64,000 nt of DNA from an uncultured Candidatus Peribacteria bacterium. Its GTDB lineage: Bacteria; Patescibacteriota; Gracilibacteria; RBG-16-42-10. A program made the position numbers and the translations under genes. Below, in pieces: positions 32,264-41,640 of this stretch. The DNA lies in the NCBI GenBank assembly GCA_964514565.1, contig CAZERA010000001.1:372001-436000 (forward strand), in the 5' to 3' direction. The first letter of the stretch is position 1; each line of letters begins with the position of its first letter. Below the pieces are notes generated by a model. That model made no database searches, was not told the DNA's origin, and saw only the letters and a program-made list of their open reading frames with translations.

Positions 32264-33703
32264 CTAGCGGCGCAGAATATCGAGAAGAATATGGTTGACC
32301 TGGGTGGGGTTTGCTTGGCCCTTTGTTTTCTTCATCACTATACCGACTAGAGCACCAATCGCTTTGGGATTACCATCTCGGATATCTTGCGCTGCTTTAG
32401 GTGATTCAGCAATAGCTTCTTGGCATGCAGCTTCTAGGGCAGTACTGTCGGTGACCTGACGGAGCCCCTTTTCTTCTACAATTACTTGAGGATCTTGGCT
32501 GGTTTCTACCATGATCGCTAGGACTTCTTTACCCATCTTGCTAGATAAGACTCCATCATTGATTAGCGTAGCCAAATTAGCTAATTGTTTTGGTGTGACA
32601 GGACTCTCACCAATCGTTTTATTTTGCTGGTTGAGGATACCTACTAAGTCGGTAACAAACAGATTGCTAGCCGTGACATAAGCATTGGTACAGTCCACCA
32701 TTGCTTCAAAAAAGGCAGCAAGACTTTTGTCTTCACTAATAATCCGGGCATAGTCAATGTCGATAGCATATACATGCAAGTAACGGTCTTTCTTTTGGTG
32801 AGGGAGCTCTGGCAATGACTTCTGTAAATCGCTGATCAGTTCAGCTGAAACGTAAATCGGTGGCAAATCTGGTTCGGGGAAATAGCGGTAATCAGCTGCA
32901 GCTTCCTTGGATCTTTGACTTTCACTGATTTCTTTATCAGCATCCCAACCTCTTGTTTCTTGAGCGATAGTGCCGCCGCTATCTAGGATTTCTGCCTGGC
33001 GGGCTATTTCAAAAGTGATTGCTTTTTCTAATGAGCGAAACGAATTGAGATTTTTGACCTCTACTCTTTTACCAAAAGTGGTACTGCCCACTGGCATAAT
33101 AGAAATATTGAGATCAAAGCGCATCATGCCTTTCTCCATGTCCGCGTCTGAAGAACCGACATAGCGGACGATTTGCTGTACTGCGCGGGCATATTGGCTT
33201 GCTTCTTCTTTGGATCGAATATCTGGTTTGGAAACAATCTCCATCAGTGGAGTACCAGAACGGTTAAAGTCCACTAAAGTCCCCATACTGCTATGAATCA
33301 ATTTGCCGGCATCATCCTCCAGGTGGAGACGTTCAATGCCAATTCTCTTTGTGGTACCGTCTGCCAAAGTAATGGTAATCCCACCTTCAACTGCAATGGG
33401 TTGGTCATACTGAGTAATTTGAAAACCTTTGGGGGAGTCAGGATAAAAGTAATGTTTGCGATCAAATTTGCTCATGGCCGGAATAGTGCAGCCTAGTGCT
33501 AGCCCAGCATTGATGCCTTTATTTATTGCTTGTTCATTGATAGCAGGTAAAGCACCTGGAAATCCCATACAGACTTCGCAGACATTCGTGTTTGGTAACT
33601 TTTCAAATGAATCGTTATCACAATTACAAAACATCTTGGTCGCTGTATTCATTTGAGCATGTATCTCTAGGCCAATGACGGGTTGGTAAACGACTGTAGA
33701 CAT
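32264..33703 (-). CDS. gatB: Asp/Glu-tRNA amidotransferase subunit B
   Basis: VIGLEIHAQ, FDRKHYFYPD, HLEDDAGK, DFNRSG.PL.EIV, YRYFPEPDLPP. Confidence 0.97.
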   Translation of the reverse strand: MSTVVYQPVIGLEIHAQMNTATKMFCNCDNDSFEKLPNTNVCEVCMGFPGALPAINEQAINKGINAGLALGCTIPAMSKFDRKHYFYPDSPKGFQITQYDQPIAVEGGITITLADGTTKRIGIERLHLEDDAGKLIHSSMGTLVDFNRSGTPLMEIVSKPDIRSKEEASQYARAVQQIVRYVGSSDADMEKGMMRFDLNISIMPVGSTTFGKRVEVKNLNSFRSLEKAITFEIARQAEILDSGGTIAQETRGWDADKEISESQRSKEAAADYRYFPEPDLPPIYVSAELISDLQKSLPELPHQKKDRYLHVYAIDIDYARIISEDKSLAAFFEAMVDCTNAYVTASNLFVTDLVGILNQQNKTIGESPVTPKQLANLATLINDGVLSSKMGKEVLAIMVETSQDPQVIVEEKGLRQVTDSTALEAACQEAIAESPKAAQDIRDGNPKAIGALVGIVMKKTKGQANPTQVNHILLDILRR

Positions 33704-33710
33704 GGGAATA

Positions 33711-33742
33711 TAATTAACAGGTTACAATTTACAATTAACAGT
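33711..33742 (-). repeat. heptamer array (TGTWAAT)x4, imperfect, upstream of gatB
   Basis: minus strand TGTTAAT TGTAAAT TGTAACC TGTTAAT. Confidence 0.6.
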
Positions 33743-33760
33743 TTGGGGCAGGGGTATTGG

Positions 33761-35227
33761 TTACGCTAGTGTTGGGGTGCGTAGATGAAAGTCTGAGTGT
33801 TGTTGGTAGTGGTGACCTAGATGGAGAATGCGTTCTTCGGTAAATGAAGGGCTAATTAGTTGCAGTCCGATTGGCAAGTTGTTACTAAAACCACATGGTA
33901 AGCTGATACCAGGAATGCCGGCTAAAGATGATGGAATAGTAAGGATGTCAGCCAAGTACATTTGCAATGGATCTTGCGCTTTTTCACCGATTTTGAAGGC
34001 AGGATAAGGAGAAACTGGTGCTAATATCACATCCACTTCTTTGTATGCTTCGTCAAAATCTTGCATGATCAATGTGCGTACTTGTTGGGCTTTTTTGTAG
34101 TAAGCATCATAATAACCTGCTGAAAGGGCGTAGGTTCCAATCATGATACGACGCTTCATTTCGTCACCAAACCCTTCTGCTCGAGTTGTGTAATAGTAAT
34201 CCATCAGGCTCTCGGGATCTTGACTTGGGCCAGGACCAAAACGGATACCATCATAACGACTCATATTTGACCCTACTTCTGAGGGAGCGATGATGTAATA
34301 AACCGATACAGCATATTTTGTATGTGGTAAGCTAATTGGTACTAGTGTACAACCCAATTGCTCGAGCAGTTTTGCTGCGGTCTCTACTGCTTGTTTTGTA
34401 TCCGGTGTCAGTGCGTCACTAAAATATTCTTTAGGAATACCAATGCGATATTTTTCTAAAGGTTTTTTAATCAGTTCTGAGTACATTGGCACTTTGACAG
34501 AAGGGGTCGTGCTATCAAAAGCATCAGTGCCAGCAGTAGCCTCCAATAGATGGGCACAGTCTTCCGCAGTACGTGCCAATGGACCAATACTGTCTAGTGA
34601 AGAGGCCATGGAGATCACACCATATCGGGACACTCTACCGTAGGTCACTTTGAGGCCAGTTACTCCACATAAAGAAGCTGGTTGGCGGATTGATCCACCT
34701 GTGTCAGTGCCCATTGATCCTAGACATTGGCCAATCGCTACGCTGGCTGCTGATCCCCCAGATGACCCACCAGCGACACAATCAGTATTCCAGGGGTTGC
34801 GAGTCACACCGTAGGCAGAGCTCTCTGTAGATGCGCCACAAGTAAATTCGTCCGTATTGACCTTACTAGTAAATATTGCCCCTTTGTTTGCTAGTTTGTT
34901 AACTACTGTAGAGTTAAAAGGTGGTTTATAGTTCGCTAATATCTTTGATGCCGCTGTAGTTTGGATACCTTCAGTACAAAAAACATCTTTCAGGCTTAGT
35001 GGTATACCATCAAGGACACTGAGAGAGGCATTGTTGCGATAGCGAATATCAGCCAAGGCTGCAGCTTGCAGTGCTTCTGTTTTGAGCACGGTAATACAAG
35101 CATTAATTTTTTTGTCAGTTTTTTCAATGATGTCGATACAGCTAGTAACCAGCTCAGTAGGAGTCAATGTGCCAGCTTTCATCATCTGATGCGCACTAGC
35201 GATCGTGAGTGACAGGGGAGAGGGCAT
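33761..35227 (-). CDS. gatA: Asp/Glu-tRNA amidotransferase subunit A
   Basis: amidase signature GGSSGGSAA, GTDTGGSIRQPAS, KRRIMIGTYALSAGYYDAYY. Confidence 0.97.
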   Translation of the reverse strand: MPSPLSLTIASAHQMMKAGTLTPTELVTSCIDIIEKTDKKINACITVLKTEALQAAALADIRYRNNASLSVLDGIPLSLKDVFCTEGIQTTAASKILANYKPPFNSTVVNKLANKGAIFTSKVNTDEFTCGASTESSAYGVTRNPWNTDCVAGGSSGGSAASVAIGQCLGSMGTDTGGSIRQPASLCGVTGLKVTYGRVSRYGVISMASSLDSIGPLARTAEDCAHLLEATAGTDAFDSTTPSVKVPMYSELIKKPLEKYRIGIPKEYFSDALTPDTKQAVETAAKLLEQLGCTLVPISLPHTKYAVSVYYIIAPSEVGSNMSRYDGIRFGPGPSQDPESLMDYYYTTRAEGFGDEMKRRIMIGTYALSAGYYDAYYKKAQQVRTLIMQDFDEAYKEVDVILAPVSPYPAFKIGEKAQDPLQMYLADILTIPSSLAGIPGISLPCGFSNNLPIGLQLISPSFTEERILHLGHHYQQHSDFHLRTPTLA

Positions 35228-35235
35228 AGTGTGAT

Positions 35236-35526
35236 TTAAGAGAATACAGCAGGAACTACTAATTGGTGATCTTCTTTTGGCAATGGACTGACAGCCAGTA
35301 AGCTATCTGGATTTGTGCGTACCAAGACCTGATCAGCCCGAGTGACATTGTGGAGTCCAGTTACTTGGGCGGTAGGAAGTACATTGGTCGTATCCACTTC
35401 TTGCAGATCTTGAAAATAGCCCAGAATACTGCCTAATTGTGGCGTGAATTTAGTAATTTCTGCTTCTGACAACTTGAGATGAGCCAACTTGGCTACTTGG
35501 CGTGTGGTTGCGACATCAAACTCCAT
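35236..35526 (-). CDS. gatC: Asp/Glu-tRNA amidotransferase subunit C
   Basis: VAKLAHL, L.SIL.Y...L.EVDT..V.PT, R.D, VPAV; upstream of gatA. Confidence 0.93.
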   Translation of the reverse strand: MEFDVATTRQVAKLAHLKLSEAEITKFTPQLGSILGYFQDLQEVDTTNVLPTAQVTGLHNVTRADQVLVRTNPDSLLAVSPLPKEDHQLVVPAVFS

Positions 35527-35601
35527 AGGATGGGTAAATTAACTAGTACTCACAGTCAAAGTGATTATAGAGAAACCAGATGAGATGTAAACAATTCCTG
35601 T

Positions 35602-36717
35602 TTACAAATATTTATTGGGATTGGTCTTCTTACCATTGACCACGACTTCAAAGTGCAAATGAGGTCCGGTTGAATTACCAGTAGTACCCATCAAGCCAAT
35701 ACCTTCGCCACGTTCGACGTGTTGTCCTACTGATACGCCTACTTTGTAAAGATGGCCATAGATTGTGGTGATACCGTTGCCATGATCGATGATAACATGG
35801 TTGCCATATCCACCACCCCAGGTACCAACTGAAGCTTTGATTACTGTACCGCTTTCAGCAGCATATACTGGTGTGCCTTGTGCATTGGCACAGTCGATAC
35901 CCCAGTGAGGAATCGCAGGATTGAATCCTCGAGTGATTACTCGACAAGTTGCTGGCCAGTTGAATGTACCGCTTGTCTGCGATGCATAGCCAGACGGGGC
36001 ATCTCCTACGCCTCCATTGAGGCCATTACCTATAGTCCTAGGGCCATTGGTTGCTGTAGTTGGTTTCTTAATGGTCGGTGTCACTGGATCCGGTTCTACG
36101 CCATTTGGTATGATCAACTCTTGATCAACTTTGAGCTCTTTGTCACTACTCAGATTGTTTTGATACATGACTAACTCAGGTGGTACATCATATATTCCTG
36201 AGATTAGGGCTATACTGTCACCTTTTTTTACTTTGTGAAGTAATCCTGTGACTGGTAAAATCTTTAATTTTTGACCTGGCTCCAAACTAGGATTTCTTTT
36301 GAGGTTGTTGACCTGGGTGATCGTGGAAGCGCTGATATGAAATTTTTCAGTCAAACTATCCAGTGTGTCACCGGACTGTACTACATAATTGATCACGTCA
36401 TTGATCACATCTCCACTATTGACCATCGGTTTGTCCATGAAAATATCGTCATTGCTGACGTATTCGCTTTCCATTGAGAAATCGGCTTTAGCCGTCATGA
36501 AATTGAATTGTTCGGTAGACAGTACTAAACTAATAATTACTACAAAAATAGCTTTTTTGAGTGTGCTGACGCGCTTTAAAGAAGCGTAATCAATCGATTT
36601 TTGGAAAAAATCTCTCACACTAGCTATCTCACCTCTATTTTCTTTGTTTACTCTGTACAAACTTAGTCTTCTTTTGATTTTGGATCGCAACTTTGTGCCA
36701 AATTCAAAAAATGTCAA
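35602..36717 (-). CDS. LysM/M23 peptidoglycan endopeptidase
   Basis: two LysM motifs (YVVQSGDTL, HKVKKGDSI), HWGID, YGH, TGPHLHFEV; start codon uncertain. Confidence 0.9.
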   Translation of the reverse strand: MTFFEFGTKLRSKIKRRLSLYRVNKENRGEIASVRDFFQKSIDYASLKRVSTLKKAIFVVIISLVLSTEQFNFMTAKADFSMESEYVSNDDIFMDKPMVNSGDVINDVINYVVQSGDTLDSLTEKFHISASTITQVNNLKRNPSLEPGQKLKILPVTGLLHKVKKGDSIALISGIYDVPPELVMYQNNLSSDKELKVDQELIIPNGVEPDPVTPTIKKPTTATNGPRTIGNGLNGGVGDAPSGYASQTSGTFNWPATCRVITRGFNPAIPHWGIDCANAQGTPVYAAESGTVIKASVGTWGGGYGNHVIIDHGNGITTIYGHLYKVGVSVGQHVERGEGIGLMGTTGNSTGPHLHFEVVVNGKKTNPNKYL

Positions 36718-36765
36718 AATATAAAATTAAGGCTAGGCCAATATAACAGAAAAGGTTCTTTTCGA

Positions 36766-38292
36766 CTAGCGAGCGTATTCGATAATGCGAGTCTCACGCA
36801 CCACATTGACCTTGATCTCTCCACTAAAGTCGCTAATCTTTTCGATTTCAGCTGCCAAGTCATGAGCTAGTTTATATGCTTGCAAATCATCGATTTCAAT
36901 TGGGTTTACTATTGCCCGGATCTCATGGCCTGCTTGCATCACAAAGGCCTTTTCAACTCCAGGGAAGGCTAGAGCAGATTGTTCCAGGTTGGTCATGCGT
37001 TGAATATGTTGCTGGAGACTGTCACGTTTAGCGCCTGGACGTTCCTGTGATAATAAATTGGCTGTATAAACAATAATGCCTTCTAATGATTGGAATGGAG
37101 TCTGAGCATGGTGTGAAGAGATGGCCATAATTACTGGCTCGGCAATGCGATATTTTTTACATATCTCCAATCCGATATGTACATGATGGCCCTCAATCTC
37201 TTGGTCGAGTGATTTGCCAATGTCGTGTAACAAGCCAGCTTTTTTGGCAACATCAATATTTGCACCGAGTTCTGCAGCTATTGCAGCTGAGAGTTTTGCT
37301 ACTTCCACTACATGTTTCAAAACATTTTGACCGTATGCTGTACGAAAACGAAGACATCCAAGCAGCTTAATAATTTCTGCTGGTAGTCCGGTAATACCTA
37401 ATTCATATACAACTTTCTCACCAAATTCACGGGTCATCTTGGCTACTTCTTCACGGGCTTTGTCGAGCATTTCTTCGATCCGAGTAGGATGGATACGACC
37501 ATCAGCTACTAATCTTTCTAAAGCAATTTTGGCAATATAACGACGCATCAGATCAAAGCCGGAGAGAATAACTACTCCCGGACTATCATCAACAATTACA
37601 TCCACGCCACTCATTTTCTCAAAGGCATTGATATTTCTACCCTCTCTACCAATAATACGACCTTTCATTTCGTCGTTGGGCAAAGTCACCGTAGTCACTG
37701 TTGATTCAGCAATACTTTCACCATGATAACGTTGCATTGCTTCAGCTAATACATTGCGAATCTTCTCATCAGCATTGGTTTGTTGGTCTTTCACAATCTT
37801 TTCTAGATGTTGCATGATCTCTGGCTGATACATTTCCTCAATTTTGCTAAAAAGCATTTGTTTTGCTTCTGCTTCAGAAAGCGCTGAGATCTTTTGTAAG
37901 ATTTGTTCCGCTTCTTTTTGTTTGTCGTGAAGTTTTTGCTCTTCTGTTCGCAAGCTTTCTATTTCTTGGTCTAGTCGTTGTTGTGCTTGGGCTAGGCTTT
38001 GTTGTTTTTTTTCGATCTCATCTTCCTGTTTGTGGTTCTTTACCTCAATTTCTTGCAATTTTCGCTTGCGTTCTTGCTCTTCTTTTTGAATTTGTTGGAG
38101 CAATCTTTGGCTAGCTAGTTTTGCTTCAGCTAGGATGATTTTTTCTTCCTCCTGGGCTTTTTGGAGGGTGGTTTGTGCTTGATTTTCTAAAGAATTAACG
38201 CGCTTTTTAGCGACTAAAGTGTGATAAAGAGCGGTGAGTACTATTCCTACCAAAAATCCAGCTAGACTCCATATGATTATAAAGTTCGGCAT
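36766..38292 (-). CDS. rny: ribonuclease Y family protein
   Basis: N-terminal TM, coiled coil, KH motif KGRIIGREGRNI, HDIGK, QAGHEIR, VVRETR. Confidence 0.9.
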   Translation of the reverse strand: MPNFIIIWSLAGFLVGIVLTALYHTLVAKKRVNSLENQAQTTLQKAQEEEKIILAEAKLASQRLLQQIQKEEQERKRKLQEIEVKNHKQEDEIEKKQQSLAQAQQRLDQEIESLRTEEQKLHDKQKEAEQILQKISALSEAEAKQMLFSKIEEMYQPEIMQHLEKIVKDQQTNADEKIRNVLAEAMQRYHGESIAESTVTTVTLPNDEMKGRIIGREGRNINAFEKMSGVDVIVDDSPGVVILSGFDLMRRYIAKIALERLVADGRIHPTRIEEMLDKAREEVAKMTREFGEKVVYELGITGLPAEIIKLLGCLRFRTAYGQNVLKHVVEVAKLSAAIAAELGANIDVAKKAGLLHDIGKSLDQEIEGHHVHIGLEICKKYRIAEPVIMAISSHHAQTPFQSLEGIIVYTANLLSQERPGAKRDSLQQHIQRMTNLEQSALAFPGVEKAFVMQAGHEIRAIVNPIEIDDLQAYKLAHDLAAEIEKISDFSGEIKVNVVRETRIIEYAR

Positions 38293-38356
38293 AGTGAATA
38301 AAAGAATATAAGGACACTAAATCTACTTTATGAACCCTACTTCTTATTGTCAATCT

Positions 38357-40318
38357 TTACGGTGTGCGACCAGCTCTCCACCATTGAAAAATCTGCTTGG
38401 CTACTGGTACAGCAATGGCGCTACCTTCACCTCCACCTTCGATCATCACTGTCACTACTATCTCTGGATTATCAAAAGGAGCGAAGGCCGTAAACCAGGC
38501 ATGGACGCTTTGATTATTGTTGAATTGTGCTGTGCCAGTTTTGCCGCCAATTTTGAATGGTAAACTTTGTAAGGACTTGGCTGTACCTTTATCAGAATAG
38601 ATGGTCTCATACATTCCTTCCCGAATAGTCTGGATCGTGCCTGGTTGTAAAAAATCTTGTTGTAAAATTTGGGGATCTTTTTGTGAACTACCCGAACAAT
38701 TTTTAATTTCTTTGACTAAGTATGGTTGGTAGAGTTTACCTCCACTAGCTATCACACTGGTATAGCCAGCTACTTGGAGGGGAGTAGTCAGTAAGAAGCC
38801 TTGTCCTATTGCATAATTGTATGTGTCGCCAGTCAGCCAAGATTGTCCTATTTTTTCTTTTTTCCATTCAGGTGTAGGTACTAATCCAGGTTGTTCGCCG
38901 GGTAGGTCGATATTGAGCACCTTTCCTAAGCCAAACTTTGAGGCAAATTCACTGATCTTTTCTGCTCCTACTCCCACAAAACCTTGGAATCCACCACTCA
39001 CTTTGTAAAAGAAGGTGTCACTTGATACTGCTAATGCCTCAATAATAGAAATGGTTCCGTGGCCAGTTGGTTTCCAATCTTTATACACAAAGCTTTCCTG
39101 AGGGTTGAATTGATTGGGAATATTGATTTGTCCAGGGGCATCAAGCTTATCAGTAGGAGTCACAATGTGATTCTCGAGTACACTACTAGCTGTTACGATT
39201 TTGAAGGTAGAGCCTGGGGGGTAAGTACCACTAATAGCGCGATTGAGAAACGGGGTATTTTTGTCATCTAATAACTTTTGGTATTCCGCCAATTCTTCTT
39301 TGCCCCGAATACCTTGAGCGAAGATATTGTTGTCATAGCCAGGTAAGCTCACCAGACTAAGCACTTGGCCATTTTGAGGATTGAGGACAATTACTGATCC
39401 CCCAGTAGCATTGTTATTGGTAATAGTTGTTTGCAACAGGTCCTTGATCTTGTTTTCCAAGCCTGAATCAATAGTAGTGACTAAATCACAACCATTTTCA
39501 GGTGCTGAGGTAAACAATGTGTCGATTTTTGTATGCTTGGCATCTACTACGATCTTTTGGGTGCCATTTACACCGCGGAGGTACTGTTCGTAAGTTTTTT
39601 CAATGCCACTTTTTCCAACTGTGCTATCAAGTGTGTAAGTGTCTTTGGCATTTTGCCATTCTGTATCACTAATTTTGCCCAGGTATCCTAAAGAATGAGA
39701 AAGACCACTACTGCTATCAAGATAGTGTCTAGAGAAATCTTCTAATACCAATACACCAGAAGCTTGATTCACAAATTGGCTCAGTAAAGTAAGTTTCGTA
39801 TCATGATCAATGTCCGCTTTGATCACAATCGGGGTGTAAAGAAATCGATATTTTTCGCTGAGGTCATTGATATCGCTAGCAGGGATCTTGAGTACTGACG
39901 CCAACTGATCGAATAAATGCTGGCGATCAGCCTCATCTCTAGGTAAATCGGCTGGGATAATTGCGGCATTGTCATTGGGCATGTTTTCTACCAATTGCAC
40001 ACCGTTGCGGTCATAAATGATACCTCTGAGTGCTCTAGTCACATAGACTCGGAGATAGTTTTCTTGGCCACGATCAAAGAGCAGCTGGCCAATACTGAGC
40101 TGCAAATAACTAAGTCTGGTCAGTAGAGCAAAAACGGCCAATATAATAATGAGTTTCAAAATCCGAAACGAAGCTTGAAATTGGCCACCGCCCTCCGCCA
40201 TCAGTTTGTCTTGGGGACTAATAAAGACATTTTGCCACTGATCTGGGTTGTGACTGCTATCGTCAAAACCAATGTCTTGGTTGAAATATTTATCAAAGAT
40301 GCGCCAACGATTACTCAT
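38357..40318 (-). CDS. mrdA: penicillin-binding protein 2 (class B)
   Basis: RG.IYDRNG, PGSTFK (SxxK), SSD (SxD), KTGTAQ. Confidence 0.95.
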   Translation of the reverse strand: MSNRWRIFDKYFNQDIGFDDSSHNPDQWQNVFISPQDKLMAEGGGQFQASFRILKLIIILAVFALLTRLSYLQLSIGQLLFDRGQENYLRVYVTRALRGIIYDRNGVQLVENMPNDNAAIIPADLPRDEADRQHLFDQLASVLKIPASDINDLSEKYRFLYTPIVIKADIDHDTKLTLLSQFVNQASGVLVLEDFSRHYLDSSSGLSHSLGYLGKISDTEWQNAKDTYTLDSTVGKSGIEKTYEQYLRGVNGTQKIVVDAKHTKIDTLFTSAPENGCDLVTTIDSGLENKIKDLLQTTITNNNATGGSVIVLNPQNGQVLSLVSLPGYDNNIFAQGIRGKEELAEYQKLLDDKNTPFLNRAISGTYPPGSTFKIVTASSVLENHIVTPTDKLDAPGQINIPNQFNPQESFVYKDWKPTGHGTISIIEALAVSSDTFFYKVSGGFQGFVGVGAEKISEFASKFGLGKVLNIDLPGEQPGLVPTPEWKKEKIGQSWLTGDTYNYAIGQGFLLTTPLQVAGYTSVIASGGKLYQPYLVKEIKNCSGSSQKDPQILQQDFLQPGTIQTIREGMYETIYSDKGTAKSLQSLPFKIGGKTGTAQFNNNQSVHAWFTAFAPFDNPEIVVTVMIEGGGEGSAIAVPVAKQIFQWWRAGRTP

Positions 40319-40790
40319 AATTGATACCTAGGGCATTAGTATACCGACTATACGCTTCACCTAATATCTTAGCTGGGAATACAATTACAGCAATGAAACA
40401 AAGATGCTCAATAGTTATTACCAAAATCGGCCATAGCATATTTCGTAATAAGCCAAATGCAGCGATACTTTGGATACCAAAGCTCAGTAAGAAACAAACT
40501 AAAAAGAAAATAGGCAGAGATACTTTCTTCTCGGCGTTGATCAGGGTCAAAACAATAATACTGACAAGGCCTAACCATAAAATAAGCGGAATGAATATAT
40601 TCCACCAGCTAGGATTGATCAGTAGACTCATAATGCTAAATCCAGTAAACATGAATGTTCCCTCCCGAATCGAGAAAAAGTTGGCTGCCAAAATGACAAT
40701 CCAAAGTGGCAACAAACTTGCTGGGAACCAAGCTACAGTGAGAAGTGAGGCGATGATGATGATACCGATACGAAGGAGGAGGCCTACCAT
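40311..40790 (-). CDS. MreD-like membrane protein
   Basis: 159 aa, about 5 TM; located between mreC and mrdA. Confidence 0.6.
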   Translation of the reverse strand: MVGLLLRIGIIIIASLLTVAWFPASLLPLWIVILAANFFSIREGTFMFTGFSIMSLLINPSWWNIFIPLILWLGLVSIIVLTLINAEKKVSLPIFFLVCFLLSFGIQSIAAFGLLRNMLWPILVITIEHLCFIAVIVFPAKILGEAYSRYTNALGINYE

Positions 40791-40839
40791 GTTAGTGAAA
40801 AACGAATAATGAATAGTGAATAGTTTTGGTGATTTTTTG

Positions 40840-41640
40840 CTAGTTGATTACTACGAAAACAGTGTCGATGTTGGTGGTTTCTACTGCTGGGGTGACCAGC
40901 AGGGTGAGATAGGTATCTTGGTCATTGCTGATTAGTTCGCTGACTGTACCGATCAGAATATCGTTGAAGTTCTCCAACTCTTGGCCAGTAGTAAAGACAA
41001 GGTCACCTTGGGCAATCACACTGGTGCGCGGGATCTGGGTCATATGCAGTAGTCCTAGTCCGATCGTGCCTTGGATCAGACCTTTGCTTTTTGCCTTTTG
41101 GAGGTAGCTATAGTAAACCGCTTTCGGATCTGTCACTAAGCTCATTTCAGCTGAGTGTTCACTTACTTTTTCGATTTTTCCTACCAAAGCATTGTTGAGA
41201 ATTACTGGTAGGCCTACTCGCAGTCCTTGATTGGTACCGATATCTAAAATCAAGAAACGAGAGAAGCTACCTGGTTTTTCTCCTATCACGTGAGCCAAAG
41301 CGACTTGGCGTTTATGACTGCGCTGTACTTGTAGCTCGGAGCGCAGGGCATCATTTTCTTTGCTGACTATGCTCATCTGACTAAGCTCAGAATAGAGCCT
41401 TGCATTCTCATTTTTTAGTGCACGCAATTCATTGTCAGTGTCTTGGCTGATGTAATACCAGAAATCTTTGGCCGCTACCTTGGTACGATAAAGGAATTGT
41501 TCAATTGGAGTTAAGACCTCTCCTAGCGGTGTAAATAGTCGGCCCAGATATGGTACTCCGTAAATCAAGCTGACTACAATGAGTACTACTGTAGTAATGA
41601 TCAAATATCGACTACGCGCTTTGTGTCGTGAGGGTTTCAT
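40840..41640 (-). CDS. mreC: rod shape-determining protein MreC
   Basis: TM, coiled coil ENARL...ENDALR, LDIG..QG...GLPV....LVGKI, GD.V.T.G. Confidence 0.9.
   Translation of the reverse strand: MKPSRHKARSRYLIITTVVLIVVSLIYGVPYLGRLFTPLGEVLTPIEQFLYRTKVAAKDFWYYISQDTDNELRALKNENARLYSELSQMSIVSKENDALRSELQVQRSHKRQVALAHVIGEKPGSFSRFLILDIGTNQGLRVGLPVILNNALVGKIEKVSEHSAEMSLVTDPKAVYYSYLQKAKSKGLIQGTIGLGLLHMTQIPRTSVIAQGDLVFTTGQELENFNDILIGTVSELISNDQDTYLTLLVTPAVETTNIDTVFVVIN

Noticed and set aside
40321..40809. 162-aa plus-strand ORF and the other short antisense ORFs in the track (e.g. 48060-48707, 20067-20540, 61903-62358)
   Set aside because: They are shadows of well-supported genes on the opposite strand or in other frames, with no motifs.
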